From Macrostomum lignano (lineage: Eukaryota): DNA of 64,000 nt. Positions within the stretch are counted from its first letter, which is position 1. Each line of letters starts with the position of its first letter. Below are positions 29,639 through 56,000 of the stretch, piece after piece. The stretch lies in the NCBI GenBank assembly GCA_002269645.1, contig NIVC01000545.1, positions 134,488-198,487 on the forward strand, read 5' to 3'. The position numbers were made by a program, and so were the translations under genes. The notes beneath the pieces are model-generated. The model did no database searches. It was given only the letters and a program-made list of their open reading frames with translations, and was not told the DNA's origin.

Positions 29639-30769
29639 GCTTTAATGTAGCCGTGACATAGCAGGCTTGCACAAAGCCGTGTTCAAGTGCGCCAGATCTC
29701 CCAAGCCCTGCTGCATGCTGTCAGTATAAAATTGCTTTACTTTAGTAAAATTTTCTTTAGACAATTATTGACCCTCGCTGCTATGTCACTGTCAGCCTCT
29801 CTCACCTTTTCAATCTAATGGATTGCTCAGCTCAATACTAATAAAATTATACATTAATCTCCTAGGCTGGTTTCCCAGCCTCTCCGCTCCATCTTCAGCC
29901 AGCCAGTATAAAGGGCATTATAAAATAAGGAGGCCAGCTCGGGTCGGCCTCAAATTGAGATTTGAAGTGCGCAGGCCTGACAGCCTCTCCTTCAGGGGGG
30001 GCTGCAAGATTTCGGCGCGCAGAGGCGGCAGCGCTGGCAGAAGCCAATCTTAATGAGCCACTTATCGCCCCCCCCCCCAAAAAAAACGGCCCTCATCAAC
30101 GGGGGCGGCTGTGAGAGCTCTCGGCCGGAACAGCTCTGAGATTTGGGGCCGCGCCAGTTGGCCTTATTCTTGAGCTCCAGAGACTTTGCTGTCAGTGTCA
30201 ACAAGCCCCACCCCGGGCAGTACTCTTTACTTCGGCAGTCATAAAACTCCCAGTGATCTATTGATTGGCCAATCGGTTCCTCTGTATGGGCCGATCTCGG
30301 CCCCTCAGCTGCACAGACAGCAAGGGGGGCCGGGGCATCTCTCGCAGGTGGCATGTTTCCTAGAAATGCGCGGCGGGGGCGGGGAGGGGTGAGAGATTTA
30401 ATGCTCGCTTGGGAGCAGGGTGAGCTGCTGCATTTTATCCGCAGTTGGGTTGTAAATTTCACGCTAAATTGCCCCGGGGGGGGGGGAGGGCAAGGCCCCT
30501 CGCCTCTTCCTTCCTCCCCGCCCCTGTTAGCTGCACTCGGGACTCAAAGAAACTGAAAGCAAAAATGCAGGAAATTTGCATAATGAGGGCAAGCCCGGGA
30601 GCCTGGAGGAAGCGCTTTTTGCGGTACCGAGATGAAAAATGACAAAACAGAATCTTGGGAGAGAGGGGAAGGAGTTTCACGACAAAACGGCAACTTATAG
30701 ACAATGCTGGATAGAGACAGGTTGCTTTACAGTGCAGTAAAAGTTTAAATGAGCGACTGAGAGACTGAG

Positions 30770-31076
30770 TTCATGGGTTTCTGACTTCGTGAGCTTATGA
30801 GCGAGTTCATGAGCGATTTCATGAGCGATTTCATACTCGTACGAGAACTCATGATACAGTTGATGAGGGAGTTCATGAGGGATTAATTCACGTGAAATTT
30901 CATGAGCGAGTTCACGAGAAAGTTCACGAAGGGAGTTCACGAGGGAGTTCATACGGGAGTTCATGAGTTCATTAGGGAGTTCATGAGTTCATAGGAGAAT
31001 TCATTAGGGAGTTCATACGGGAGTTCATGAGTTCATACAAGAATTCATTAGGGAGTTCATATGGGAGTTCATGAGT
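30770..31076. repeat. Degenerate GAGTTCAT-based repeat
   Basis: Repeated GGGAGTTCAT / GAGTTCATGA units. Confidence 0.8.
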
Positions 31077-31548
31077 GATCTCATTAGAGAATCAGAAAGC
31101 CGGCAGTAAAGACGGGCAAGCGCAGTTCAGCAGTGGGGGATCAAAGGAGCCGGGGCCATTTTGGGGCGGCATTTTAATCCCCGATCCCAAAGCGGCGGAA
31201 GCGGCCCCGAATGCTTGTTTATATTCCGCCCCCTGTCTCCCTTCGGGCGGTCGGAGCCATTGAGCTTCGGAATAAATTCTGCAGGAATTAAGCAAGCGCC
31301 AGGAAGCAACGGTTCGAGCTGAATTTTTGTCTAAGAAAACTAAAAAAACTTACTGAACAGACAGAAGTGCAGAAGGGAAGCAAACTTATCCAGCTCAAAT
31401 TTGCTTTGCCGGGGTCTCCAGTGAGCCTTTGCTGCCAACTGATCTTTCCAACTGACCAACTGCTCTGATCTTTCCGCTCAGGCGGAGTTGACTCTCTGGT
31501 AGACAGTGCCCCCCCCCCCCAGGGGATCTGGAGGTTGAGTTAGTGCTG

Positions 31549-32265
31549 GGCTAGGGTTAGGGTTAGGGCTATGGTTAGGGTTAGGGTTAGGGCTATGGTT
31601 AGGGTTAGGGTTAGGGCTATGGTTAGGGTTAGGGTTAGGGTTAGGGTTAGGGGCTAGGGCTAGGGCTATGGTTAGGGTTAGGGCTAGGGTTATGGTTAGG
31701 GTTAGGGCTAGGGCTATGGTTAGGGTTAGGGTTAGGGCTATGGTTAGGGTTAGGGTTAGGGCTATGGTTAGGGTTAGGGTTAGGGCTATGGTTAGGGTTA
31801 GGGTTAGGGTTAGGGGCTAGGACTAGGGCTATGGTTAGGGTTAGGGTTAGGGCTATGGTTAGGGTTAGGGCTAGGGCTATGGTTAGGGTTAGGGCTAGGG
31901 CTATGGTTAGGGTTAGGGTTAGGGCTATGGTTAGGGTTAGGGTTAGGGCTATGGTTAGGGTTAGGGTTAGGGCTATGGTTAGGGTTAGGGCTAGGGTTAT
32001 GGTTAGGGTTAGGGCTAGGGCTATGGTTAGGGTTAGGGTTAGGGCTATGGTTAGGGTTAGGGTTAGGGTTAGGGTTAGGGTTAGGGTTAGGGGCTAGGAC
32101 TAGGGCTATGGTTAGGGTTAGGGTTAGGGTTAGGGGCTAGGATTAGGGCTATGGTTAGGGTTAGGGCTAGGGTTATGGTTAGGGTTAGGGCTAGGGCTAT
32201 GGTTAGGGTTAGGGTTAGGGCCAGCTAGGAAACACCAGATTAGGGTTAGGGTTAGGGTTAGGGTC
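31549..32265 (+). repeat. Interstitial telomere-like array (TTAGGG mixed with CTAGGG and CTATGG)
   Basis: About 120 hexamers with TTAGGG dominant, flanked by non-telomeric sequence on both sides. Confidence 0.9.
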
Positions 32266-33396
32266 AGCTAGGAAATACCAGGTATCTGATCAATCATTTC
32301 TTCTTCGTGTAGCCTGCTGCGTCAGAGATATCAAATTCGTGTAGCCTGCTGCGTCAGAGATATCAAATTCGTGTAGCCTGCTGCGTCAGAGAGATATTAA
32401 ATTGTAGCGATAGAGACAGATACTCAGCTGCTCACTGCTCTGCCAGAATTTACTCAAGGCGTGTTGACAGATCAATTTTACCTGTCAGTCGGTTCTGTCG
32501 GCTTCGAGAACTTCGACTCCAGCAGCAATGATTGACGATCTCGGTCGGGGACCTGGCAGGCGGCACGCCAGAACTGGTCGGAGCGAGCGGTCAGGTCAGC
32601 TTCTGCCGGGCATCCGCGCCCCTCTGATGACCGGCCGTTTCATTGAAAAGTGCCCGGGCCAGCGCCAAGAGCTGCCATTGGTCCGCTGCCACTGAACCAA
32701 TGGGGTTCAGTTGAGTGAGCGAAGCCTGTCCTGACTAACAGGAGACCCCTTTGGAGCTTTCATCTGATGTTGTGATGACTCACTCATCTCCATGAACCCA
32801 CTGACTCAAGCTGATCCACTGGACCTCCACTGTCTCACAATGACTCCCACTGACTCCCACTGACTCCCACTGACTCCCACTGATTTCCACTGAATCCCAC
32901 TGACTCCCACTGACTCCCACTGACTCCCACTGACTCCCAGCTCTGCAGACCGCCCGCTCCGACTAATATTGGCATGCTGCCTCCCAACGGTCTCGGGTTC
33001 TTCAGTCATTCTCTAAAGAGTGGAAGTTCCCGGACCCGACAGAACCTGCTGACATATAAAATTAATTTGTTAACAGGCGTTGAGCAAACTCTGGCAGAGC
33101 AAAGTGAGCAGCATGTGTCCCTCTCCATCGCTCCCTGATTTCCTCCTATGCAAGCGATAAAATTAAAAAGTTAAGAAAACATTTTTTTGCTTCTGCGAAG
33201 CAGACAGAAAATTTGATTGAGTTGACAAGAAGTTGTTAAATTTTTTCGCCCTGACTGTAAATCAAAAAAATAGCAGAGTTGTGCAACGCTATTAGAGTTT
33301 CTTGTCCGACACCAAAGTTGCACAGAGCCCATATTGTTAGCTTGTCATCAGTGAGTCAGAGTTTCCAGGATCACCGTCCGTATCAGCCGAGTCTCC

Positions 33397-47899
<14,503 letters not shown>

Positions 47900-48859
47900 G
47901 CTCAGAACTGTTTGATGTTGAGCTTCAATTGAAGATTGCAATGATAAACGCTGGGCTGTGTCGCTGAAATGCTGTCTCGGCCGCTCCTGTGCGAAGGGCG
48001 CGGTTCGGTCTTATAAAACTTTTGCGAGGCTCGCGGACTGGAGGGGGGGGGAGGGCGCTGGCTTCAAAACATCTGCTGGCTTTGGGAGTCGACTGGGCTT
48101 TCCAACCTCCCTCCCTAATCCCTCCGCTCCATTCTCGCCAATAGCCTTGAGATGGCGGGATCGATCGGCCACGCGCTTCGAGTCTATCTCTCAATACCAG
48201 CGGCGCTTCCATTGTTGGTGATATGTTTTTGAAAAACTCGAAGGGAGGGGAGGGGTTCCCCGAACCAGCTGCAAAACTCACTCGCAGCTCTCAACCCCCT
48301 CCCAGAGCCGTCAACAATCCTCTTGCTGAAGGTCGCCCTGTCTGGAGGTCAGTCTGTCTGGAGAGCAGTGGGCCATAAAGCCGAGGGTGACAGCGGGTCC
48401 GAAGGTTCTCTGTAAACTCCAACTGTTATAGTGTTCATTGAGTAGTTTATCGGAGCACTCAAGAGTAGATGCGGCAAACAGCGACTCAGATCAGACGTAG
48501 GAGCTCAGTTCCATCGACTTGTGCGATTAAAGGTGCTCGGCTGTTAAGGTGAGTTCTTCTCAGCGCTGCTTAAATTATGCGTTACTATGGACCTCTAAAG
48601 GAATCTTGATGGTCGCGAAAATGCTTTCTGGTTTCTTCTTCGATGGGTTATGATTTAAACTTCACTACCCATTAGTGCTTGGTGCCAGTTATGATGCTAT
48701 GGTAAATGACTTTGGATTGTATTCAGGATCTCCAGATGAATGCTTGGATAAATCTCTAGACATGTCTCTACACTGTCTTTTGGAACGATCTCAAGATCAA
48801 TTTCTAGAATTCTAATTTTGAGATCGGTCTTAAAATCAGTCTTCAGATTGATCCCAAGC

Positions 48860-50645
48860 TATGCGATCTCTAGATATGCGATCTTTAGACATGTGATCTC
48901 TAGACATGCAATCTTTAGATGTGCGATCTCTAGACATGTTTATCTCTAGATAGGCGATCTCTGGATACGTGATTTCTAGATGGACGATCTCTACGAGGGG
49001 TGCATATTAAGTTCCCGGAAAATTTAGCTTAAAAATGCGCAAATCAAACGAAACCTAACCAGCAGTTAGAGCTGGATATTCTGTGTTTGCTTGTAAAATT
49101 CAAGCTCAATCGGTCGCAATGATGCGCCGCAGTGGCCAAAGTTTGAATGAAAACATGCGTCCTGCCACAGCTGACTGACCGCGACCGGCGAGTGGCGATA
49201 CAGGTCCAGTTTCGGCTGGGCAGCTCTGCGGCTGCTGCCTTCAGACGCTGCGTGAGGCTCTTCAGGATCAAGCGCCATCCCAGTCGATGGTGTATGAGTG
49301 GTTTGCGCGCTTCCGCTGCGGCTCGGCCACTCTGGACGACGATCCTCGCAAGGGGCGGCCGGAGTTGTTGCCCGACAGCAGACGGACTTTTTGCTGCTGT
49401 TCGACGACACGTGGACGAAGATTGCCGAGTAACGATTCGCTGGTTGGAGCAGCTCGTCGGGGTGTCGGATTCCACCATCATTATGATCCTGCACCAGCAC
49501 CTCGGTATGAGGAAGCTTTCCGTTCGCTGGGTGCTCCACCAGCTCAGCGCTGACCAGATGCGAGCCCGCGTTGAGTTCGCCGACCTCATGGTCGCCAGGT
49601 TTGACGGAGGCCGCTCAAAGTTGGTGGATAACATCCTCACTGGCGACGAACCCTGGGTCTATTTCTACGACCCAGAGACCAAGAGCAGAATCGGCAGTGG
49701 CTCACCAACGAGGAAGATGCTCCTCTCAAATTTCGTCGCTAAAGCGCAGCGTCGGCAAAGTGATGGCGGCCATTTTCTTCCGACGCAGGGTTTCCTGCCG
49801 CCAGTGCTGCTGCAGCAAGGCGCCACAGTGACGGCAGAATGGTACAGCTAGCACCGTCTGCTTGCCTCAGGTTCTGCAGGCGCTCGCACAGCAGCGGCCG
49901 AAGACACTCGACAAAGGCATGTTCCTCCATCAGGACAACGCTCCCGTGCACCGAGCAAGAGTGACCCAGGAGTTTTTTCAGGCGACCCAGCTCGTTCAGC
50001 TGCCGCATCCGGCATATTTGCCGGACCTGGCGTCTGCTGACTTCTTCCCCTTTCCCAGGTTGAAGAAAAGTCTGAAGGGGAAACGCTTAGACTCGAGGGA
50101 GGAGCTGGTTGTTGCGCTGCAAGCTGAGCTGGACAGCTTCACCAAGCTAATCTCAGGGTGCTTCGACTCATGGTTCCAGTGCCTGAAGAAGTGCTCCGAT
50201 TTGGGTGGAAGTTATGCTGAGAAGTGATAATAGACTGTGGTTCTTGCAGGTAAAAATTTGCGCAGATGCAGCCATCAGAACTTAACTTTTCCGGTAACTT
50301 AATAAGCATCCCTCGTAGATATGCGATCTCTAGACAAGCGATCTCTAGATAAGCGATCTCTAGATAAGCGATCTCTAGATAAGCGATCTCTAGACAAGCG
50401 ATCTCTAGACAAGCGATCTCTAGATAAGCGATCTCTAGATAAGCGATCTCTAGACCAGCGATCTCTAGATAAGCGATCTCTAGACAAGCGATCTCTAGAA
50501 AAGCGATCTCTAGATATGCAATCTCCAGATATATGATATTTTGCTATGCGATCTCTAGAAATGTGATCTCTAGATAGGCGATCTGTAGATAGGCGATTTC
50601 TAGATAAGCGATCTCTAGATAGGCGAACTCTGGATAGGCGAAATC
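48860..50645. repeat. 15-bp GCGATCTCTAGA-based minisatellite interrupted by the mariner (48860-48993 and 50316-50645)
   Basis: The same unit continues on both sides of the transposon, and the TA target is the TA of TCTAGA. Confidence 0.9.
48994..50315 (+). mobile_element. Mariner (Tc1/mariner, DD34D) transposon, 1322 bp, frameshifted transposase
   Basis: TA|CGAGGGGTGCATATTAAGTTCCCGGAAAA ... TTTTCCGGTAACTTAATAAGCATCCCTCG|TA gives ~29-bp imperfect TIRs with a TA duplication. Transposase pieces at 49147-50227 contain VYEWFARFR, WVLHQL (WVPHEL), ILTGDEPW...YDPETK, HQDNAPVH and YLPDLASAD (YSPDLAPxD), split over several frames. Confidence 0.93.
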
Positions 50646-50959
50646 TATATGTATCTGTAGCTATCTCTAAAGATTCAACTAGTGACAAACCAGGAAACGT
50701 TGTCCTGACCTTAAAGGCTCATTCACACGGCTATCAGCTGAGGCCAATTTTTTATATTTTTACCGCTTTGTAGTTATCAGTGGTGTGATTTGATGGCGGT
50801 GTTTGCGAGCCCATATCCTGACCTTCCTTAACTCCCCTTCTCTCTTCCCTTCCCCTTCTCTCTTCCCTACCCCTTCTCTAAGCTTTTCTCTCTCTCTTCT
50901 ATATCGTCCTTTCCTTCCCCTTTGCCCCTCTTTAATCATTCACCCGTCTCAACTTTCCT

Positions 50960-51340
50960 CTCATTTCCTCTCACCCTTTCTCTCACCCTTTCCCTCACCC
51001 TACCTCTCCCGTTTCCTCTTAACTTTCCTCTCCCCCTTCCTCTCAAATTTTCTCTCACCCTTCCTCTCATTTTCTCTCACCCTTCCTCTCACATTTTCTC
51101 TCACCCTTCCTCTCAAATTTTCTCTCACCCTTCCTCTCACATTTTCTCTCACCCTTCCTCTCAACTTTTCTCTCACCCTTCCTCTCAAATTTTCTCTCAC
51201 CCTTCCTCTCAAATTTTCTCTCACCCTTCCTCTCATTTCCTCTGACCCTTCCTCTCATTTCCTCTGACCCTTCCTCTCATTTCGTCTGACCCTTCCTCTC
51301 ATTTCCTCTCACATTTTCTCTCACATTTTCTCTCACCCTT
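50960..51340. repeat. 24-bp CT-rich minisatellite (CTCTCACCCTTCCTCTCAAATTTT)
   Basis: Directly visible. Confidence 0.88.
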
Positions 51341-53007
51341 TCTTTCACCTGTCCCTTCCATTTACTTTTAGCCCTCCCAAGTCTTCTACCCTAGCCGCCC
51401 ACTCTTCCCCCTTCCCCAACGGCTTTCTTCAACTGCAGCACTGGTCCGGTATCGACTGGCTGAAAAGAGCCAGAGGGGGTCAGCGCGACAGTGGGGCCGG
51501 AGAGGGCCACAGACCAGACACAGACTAGAAAATACCGGTTTGGTATTTTGCAGTGAAGTGGCTGAGTTGTGGAAGAGCTCATTTGATCCTTGGCGGCAGT
51601 TGAGCAGCTGATCTGCTATTAGATACCCCACTCCACCCTCCGATCCAACTCTGCTACATAGCATATTTATGGCCCTTGTCATTTTCTGTCAGCCATGGCT
51701 AGCGCTGACATAGCTTTTGTAAGCAGATATTGACAAAAAATTTATTTACTAAAGAAACGCTGCTATCCTATAGAATCGTTTGTTAAATTATTTTTCCATT
51801 CCAATTCAAATTTCTTTCTACTTGCAGAGTCTAGTAGAGTCTAGAAAAAAAAGTTGAGCTATATAGTAGCAGTGTAGCAAAATTTGAATTCGTGCACTGA
51901 AGTATCAGAAATTCTTAAAGTAGCATCAGTTTTTTGTGCGCGCGAGAGTCACGAAAACATGTCTATGGCCGAAAGGGTTCGGCTAGCCAAGGAATTCTAA
52001 ATTCTAGATTTAGAATTCCTTGGGCTAGCGCGGGGCTATGGTGAGTCAGGGATTTCTGCCATAGAAGTTTTCCATATCATGATGACCGAATGACTGAGTG
52101 ATGACTGGGTGACGACTGGGTGATGACGGAATGCTCAAGAGACTAGCTGAGCATGTCCAGCAGTTGAGGCTTGCCAATTATAGAAGCTTAATCGGCGAAA
52201 CTAGAGAATTTTGCAACAGCGTGTCCATAGTCAACTGGTGCCACCTGTTGAAGGTCCAGAAGCTCCGTCTGGGCGAAGGCCAGTGACCAACGAAGTCACA
52301 GCTGATGCAGACACATGAGGTCGACGTGTTGATGAAATTTCGAGGCTTGGCAAGGCTGCACTGAGGCGCAGTGCTGATTGGCGCACAGGGGTGTACTGAA
52401 TACACTAGCGCTTATGGGAAAAATCCGACCTTCTGGCAGAATCGTCAAATATCTCGACGGTCCGGAGGGCTGGCGACTTGATTCTTGTTTAAGAAGGTGC
52501 GCAACAAAAAGGCAGCCCGTGTTCTTGAATTTCGTGTGACTGCATTGCTCCGTTCCGGCGCAGCAAAAAAATTGTCGGGGGGGGGGAATTCCCCCCACCC
52601 CTCTTGGTAGTTCGACGGGTGGAAAAAAGGCTTGGTATTCCTACTGTTAAGTGGCAAAAACCATAAAACATCCTGAAAGTTAATGTTCATGTATAAAGTC
52701 TAGAAGCCTGCTTTTGTCAGACAAATAATCAAAAATAAAAAAACTTAAAGGACTCAACATTAAATTTATACCATCTCAGAGTTTCTTGCCATTTTTTATT
52801 TTATACTCGTAGCTCGTTAGAAATTAAGTTAAGTTTTTATGCCAGCGGGATCACTTTGTCAGTAGCAGCTATTATAATAGCTGGCTTTAACCAGTCCTTT
52901 AGGAGAGGAAAACACCGCAAGCCATTCAGATTCCATGTCCGTTCCAATCAGTTCCGTTTAATGCCAATTTTAATTGAGTTTGATTGCGTCACCAGCGAAG
53001 CCGAGCT

Positions 53008-56000
53008 CTACTTATAGTAATAAGGATGCTCCTCCGTCGACGTAGAAGTGCTTGACGAGACTGAAAAGTGAAGAGTTTGCTCAATAGTTAGAATTCTGTC
53101 CATATTCCACTTTAAAACCGCAACTGCCTGCAATAAATTACACCTTTACTTTAAAATACTTTGAATTGAGTCCCTTGAACATGTTAAACCTTAAAATAGA
53201 AACCACTGAGCTTTATAGAGAATAAAATACTCACTTGGGTTGCCATTCTCGTCATAATAGGTGATGGTGGTGATGGTATGCACGATAGTTTTCGGCATAT
53301 AGTTGTAGACGATGGTTTGCAGCTCTGGAAAAGCGCATATTAGATCATTTAGTCGAACACAGATTCTTTGCCTCATTTATATTTAGACACACTAAACGCC
53401 CGATGACAGAGCATCACGCGAATGACTCACCGCCAATCGAAGTGCTGAAGATGGTGTTGGCCCAGTCGCCGCCGCACATGACTTCAGACTGGCCACCGCA
53501 GGCCTTGTTGCATTTGTCCGAACTGAGAGGGCCGTACCTGCCGAACTGGTTGCCGCACCAGCACTCGATTGAGTTCTGCAGACCGGCGAACGCGAATCCC
53601 TTCTTCTCGCACATCATCACGCAGGACTTCACCGTCATGTCGCCGGCGCTGGCAGCCTTGACTGGTAGATCGCGATTCGCGGCGTCCTTGTAGCAGCCGA
53701 AGCTCAGCGGCAGCAGATCTGGTTGGTTGAAAGGTGAATTTGGTCTTTGTTAGCCAGTATGTTATAGATGAGTTCGAATCTAGCGCTAGTTCGAATTCTA
53801 GTGAACCCAGCGAGGAGGCAAGAAGTTCCGCTGACCGCTCAGCACGCCCTTCACAAGGATACGTATGCAGGCATGCACTCAAAAGGATCAGGAGGGTTAA
53901 ATTTGCTTTGGCTCGTCAGGCAATTTCACTCACTGTGCCAATTACTACGAGCTAACAAAAACCGCACATGCTCAGGTGAACCTGGAGTATAGTATGCATC
54001 ATTATTGTATGGATGCATGTGTTACCACTCTAGAGATTTGGCGAAAATGAAGTTTACTAACCTGTGTAAGTGATGATGCTCCACATGTACTCAATTGATG
54101 TCTCATTTCCTGAGCTTCTGCTCCCAATCGAAGTGATGTTGCCGCCGATGATCTCATCTTTGTCGCCGCTTATTGTTGTCGAAGTACTAATTCCCTGGCT
54201 GATTATGACCGACTCTGGAAAGGTAATACATTTTTGAGCAGGCATCAGTGAGGTGTAGACTGCACTAGAGCAGCAGACTTAAGCTTCGGAGGCTAAAACG
54301 AAGCCTCACCAGAGTGAAGTCCTGTGGCATAAATATTTTGCGCGAAAGAACCGCCGCAGGTCTGCGCCTTGTTGCCGCTGCACTTCATGTTGCAGTCGTC
54401 GGTGTTGGAGCTCTTGCCGTAGGCGCCGTATTTGTTACCGCATCGACACTCGTCGCCGTTCTGGACGCCAAAGTAAAGGAAGCCGTAGAGTCGGCAAGTC
54501 TTCCAGCACCTGTTCACGTTCACCTTAGCTCCCTTGAGCGCCCAGAATGGCAGGTCGCGCTTTGTCTGGTCGACGTAGCAGCCGAGGCTTTGGATGTTGA
54601 CTGAAAGTAACACATTGGTTTTATGAACTCTTTTGGGAATTCGATAGGGTATCCGACAGAGTCGGAACTAGCAGACTCTTCAGTCAACTCACCAGCAACT
54701 GAGGTGTCAAAGATGAGGTTGTAACCGGCGCCGCCGCACATCTGCTTGTTGTTTCCTGTGCAAGCCTTTGTGCAAACGGTGGAGTCACCCTTGCCGTAGC
54801 GTCCGTAGCTGTCGCCGCAATAGCAGGCGTTGCCACCCTGAAGACCGGCGTATTTGTAGCCAAGCTCGGAGCACTTGTTGATGCATAAGTCCACCGTCAT
54901 CAGGCCGGTCTCCACCAAATCGGGCAGGTCGCGATCGGTAGAGTCTTTGTAGCAGCCAATAGCTGTTCTGGAGGTCGCTGAATACGATTTGGGTTTAAAA
55001 AATTATGAGTAACTCTTTTGCAATATCACTGAACTATGGGTTTCTATTCATGCCTTATCAGCTTACCCTTAGAGAAATGCAAGACTACGCCATTTCCTCT
55101 TACCCTTGAAGTTGGTCCTGTAGACGTTGTTACGCCATGCGCCGCCGCAGATCTGTGCCTTGTTGCCGCGGCACTTCATGTTGCACTGCGTCTCATCGGC
55201 TCTGCCGTACAGATTGTAACGGTTGCCGCAGAAGCACTGCGCGGAGTTCTGCACACCGGCATAGTAGTAGCCCAAATCCTGGCAGTGCTTGAAGCAGAGG
55301 TTCACGCTGATCGCGCCGCTAATGGCCAGCCTAGTCAGGTCCCTGGCTGGCTTATCGACGAAGCAGCCCTTAGAGGTGAGCCTCCCTGTAAGTGTGGGTT
55401 TCGGAAGAACTTGCAAAATAATAGCTCTTTAACAGAAAAGCGAAAAGCTGCTCTTACAAGCCACAGAAGTTGTGTAAACTGTGATGCTGGACTTTCCGCC
55501 GCAGATCTGCTGCGCATTGCCACGGCAGCGAAGGTTGCACTCTGTGGACGCTCCGTGCTTGCCGTAGCTGTCGCCGCAAAAGCACTGGACGCCAGCCTGC
55601 AGTGCGGCGTACTTGTAGAATCTTTCGGCGCACATCTTCGCGCACATCTGGATAGTCACTGAGCCCGTGAATACGAGATCCGGCAGGTCCCTGTCATTTT
55701 CATTGTTGTTGTAACAGCCGACCTCCGTCACACCTAAAATGGAAGAAATTGTTGAAATAGTTGGGACAGAGGACCCACATCTGTCTTCGACTTTTCTTAT
55801 TCTATTTTAGCCCGAATAAATGAAGGCCTGTAAATAAATAAATACAGGTGAATGATGATTACAAATGAACTTACCCGAGTCCGGAGCCGTTTCCTCTTCG
55901 ATAGATATTTCTGCAAATATAGGCAGGTGTTAATTAAAAAAACAAGTCTAACCTTTTACGGGTGCATCGTAGCAGTGATAGGAACTACTTTTAAAACAAT

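Noticed and set aside
32616-32655. CTGATGA...GAAA hammerhead-like motif
   Set aside because: No consistent stem II or stem I pairing and no valid cleavage triplet.
52235-52320. Possible signal-peptide exon for gene B (MCLHQL*LRWSLAFAQ)
   Set aside because: In-frame stop and wrong splice phase; 47815-47899 fits far better.
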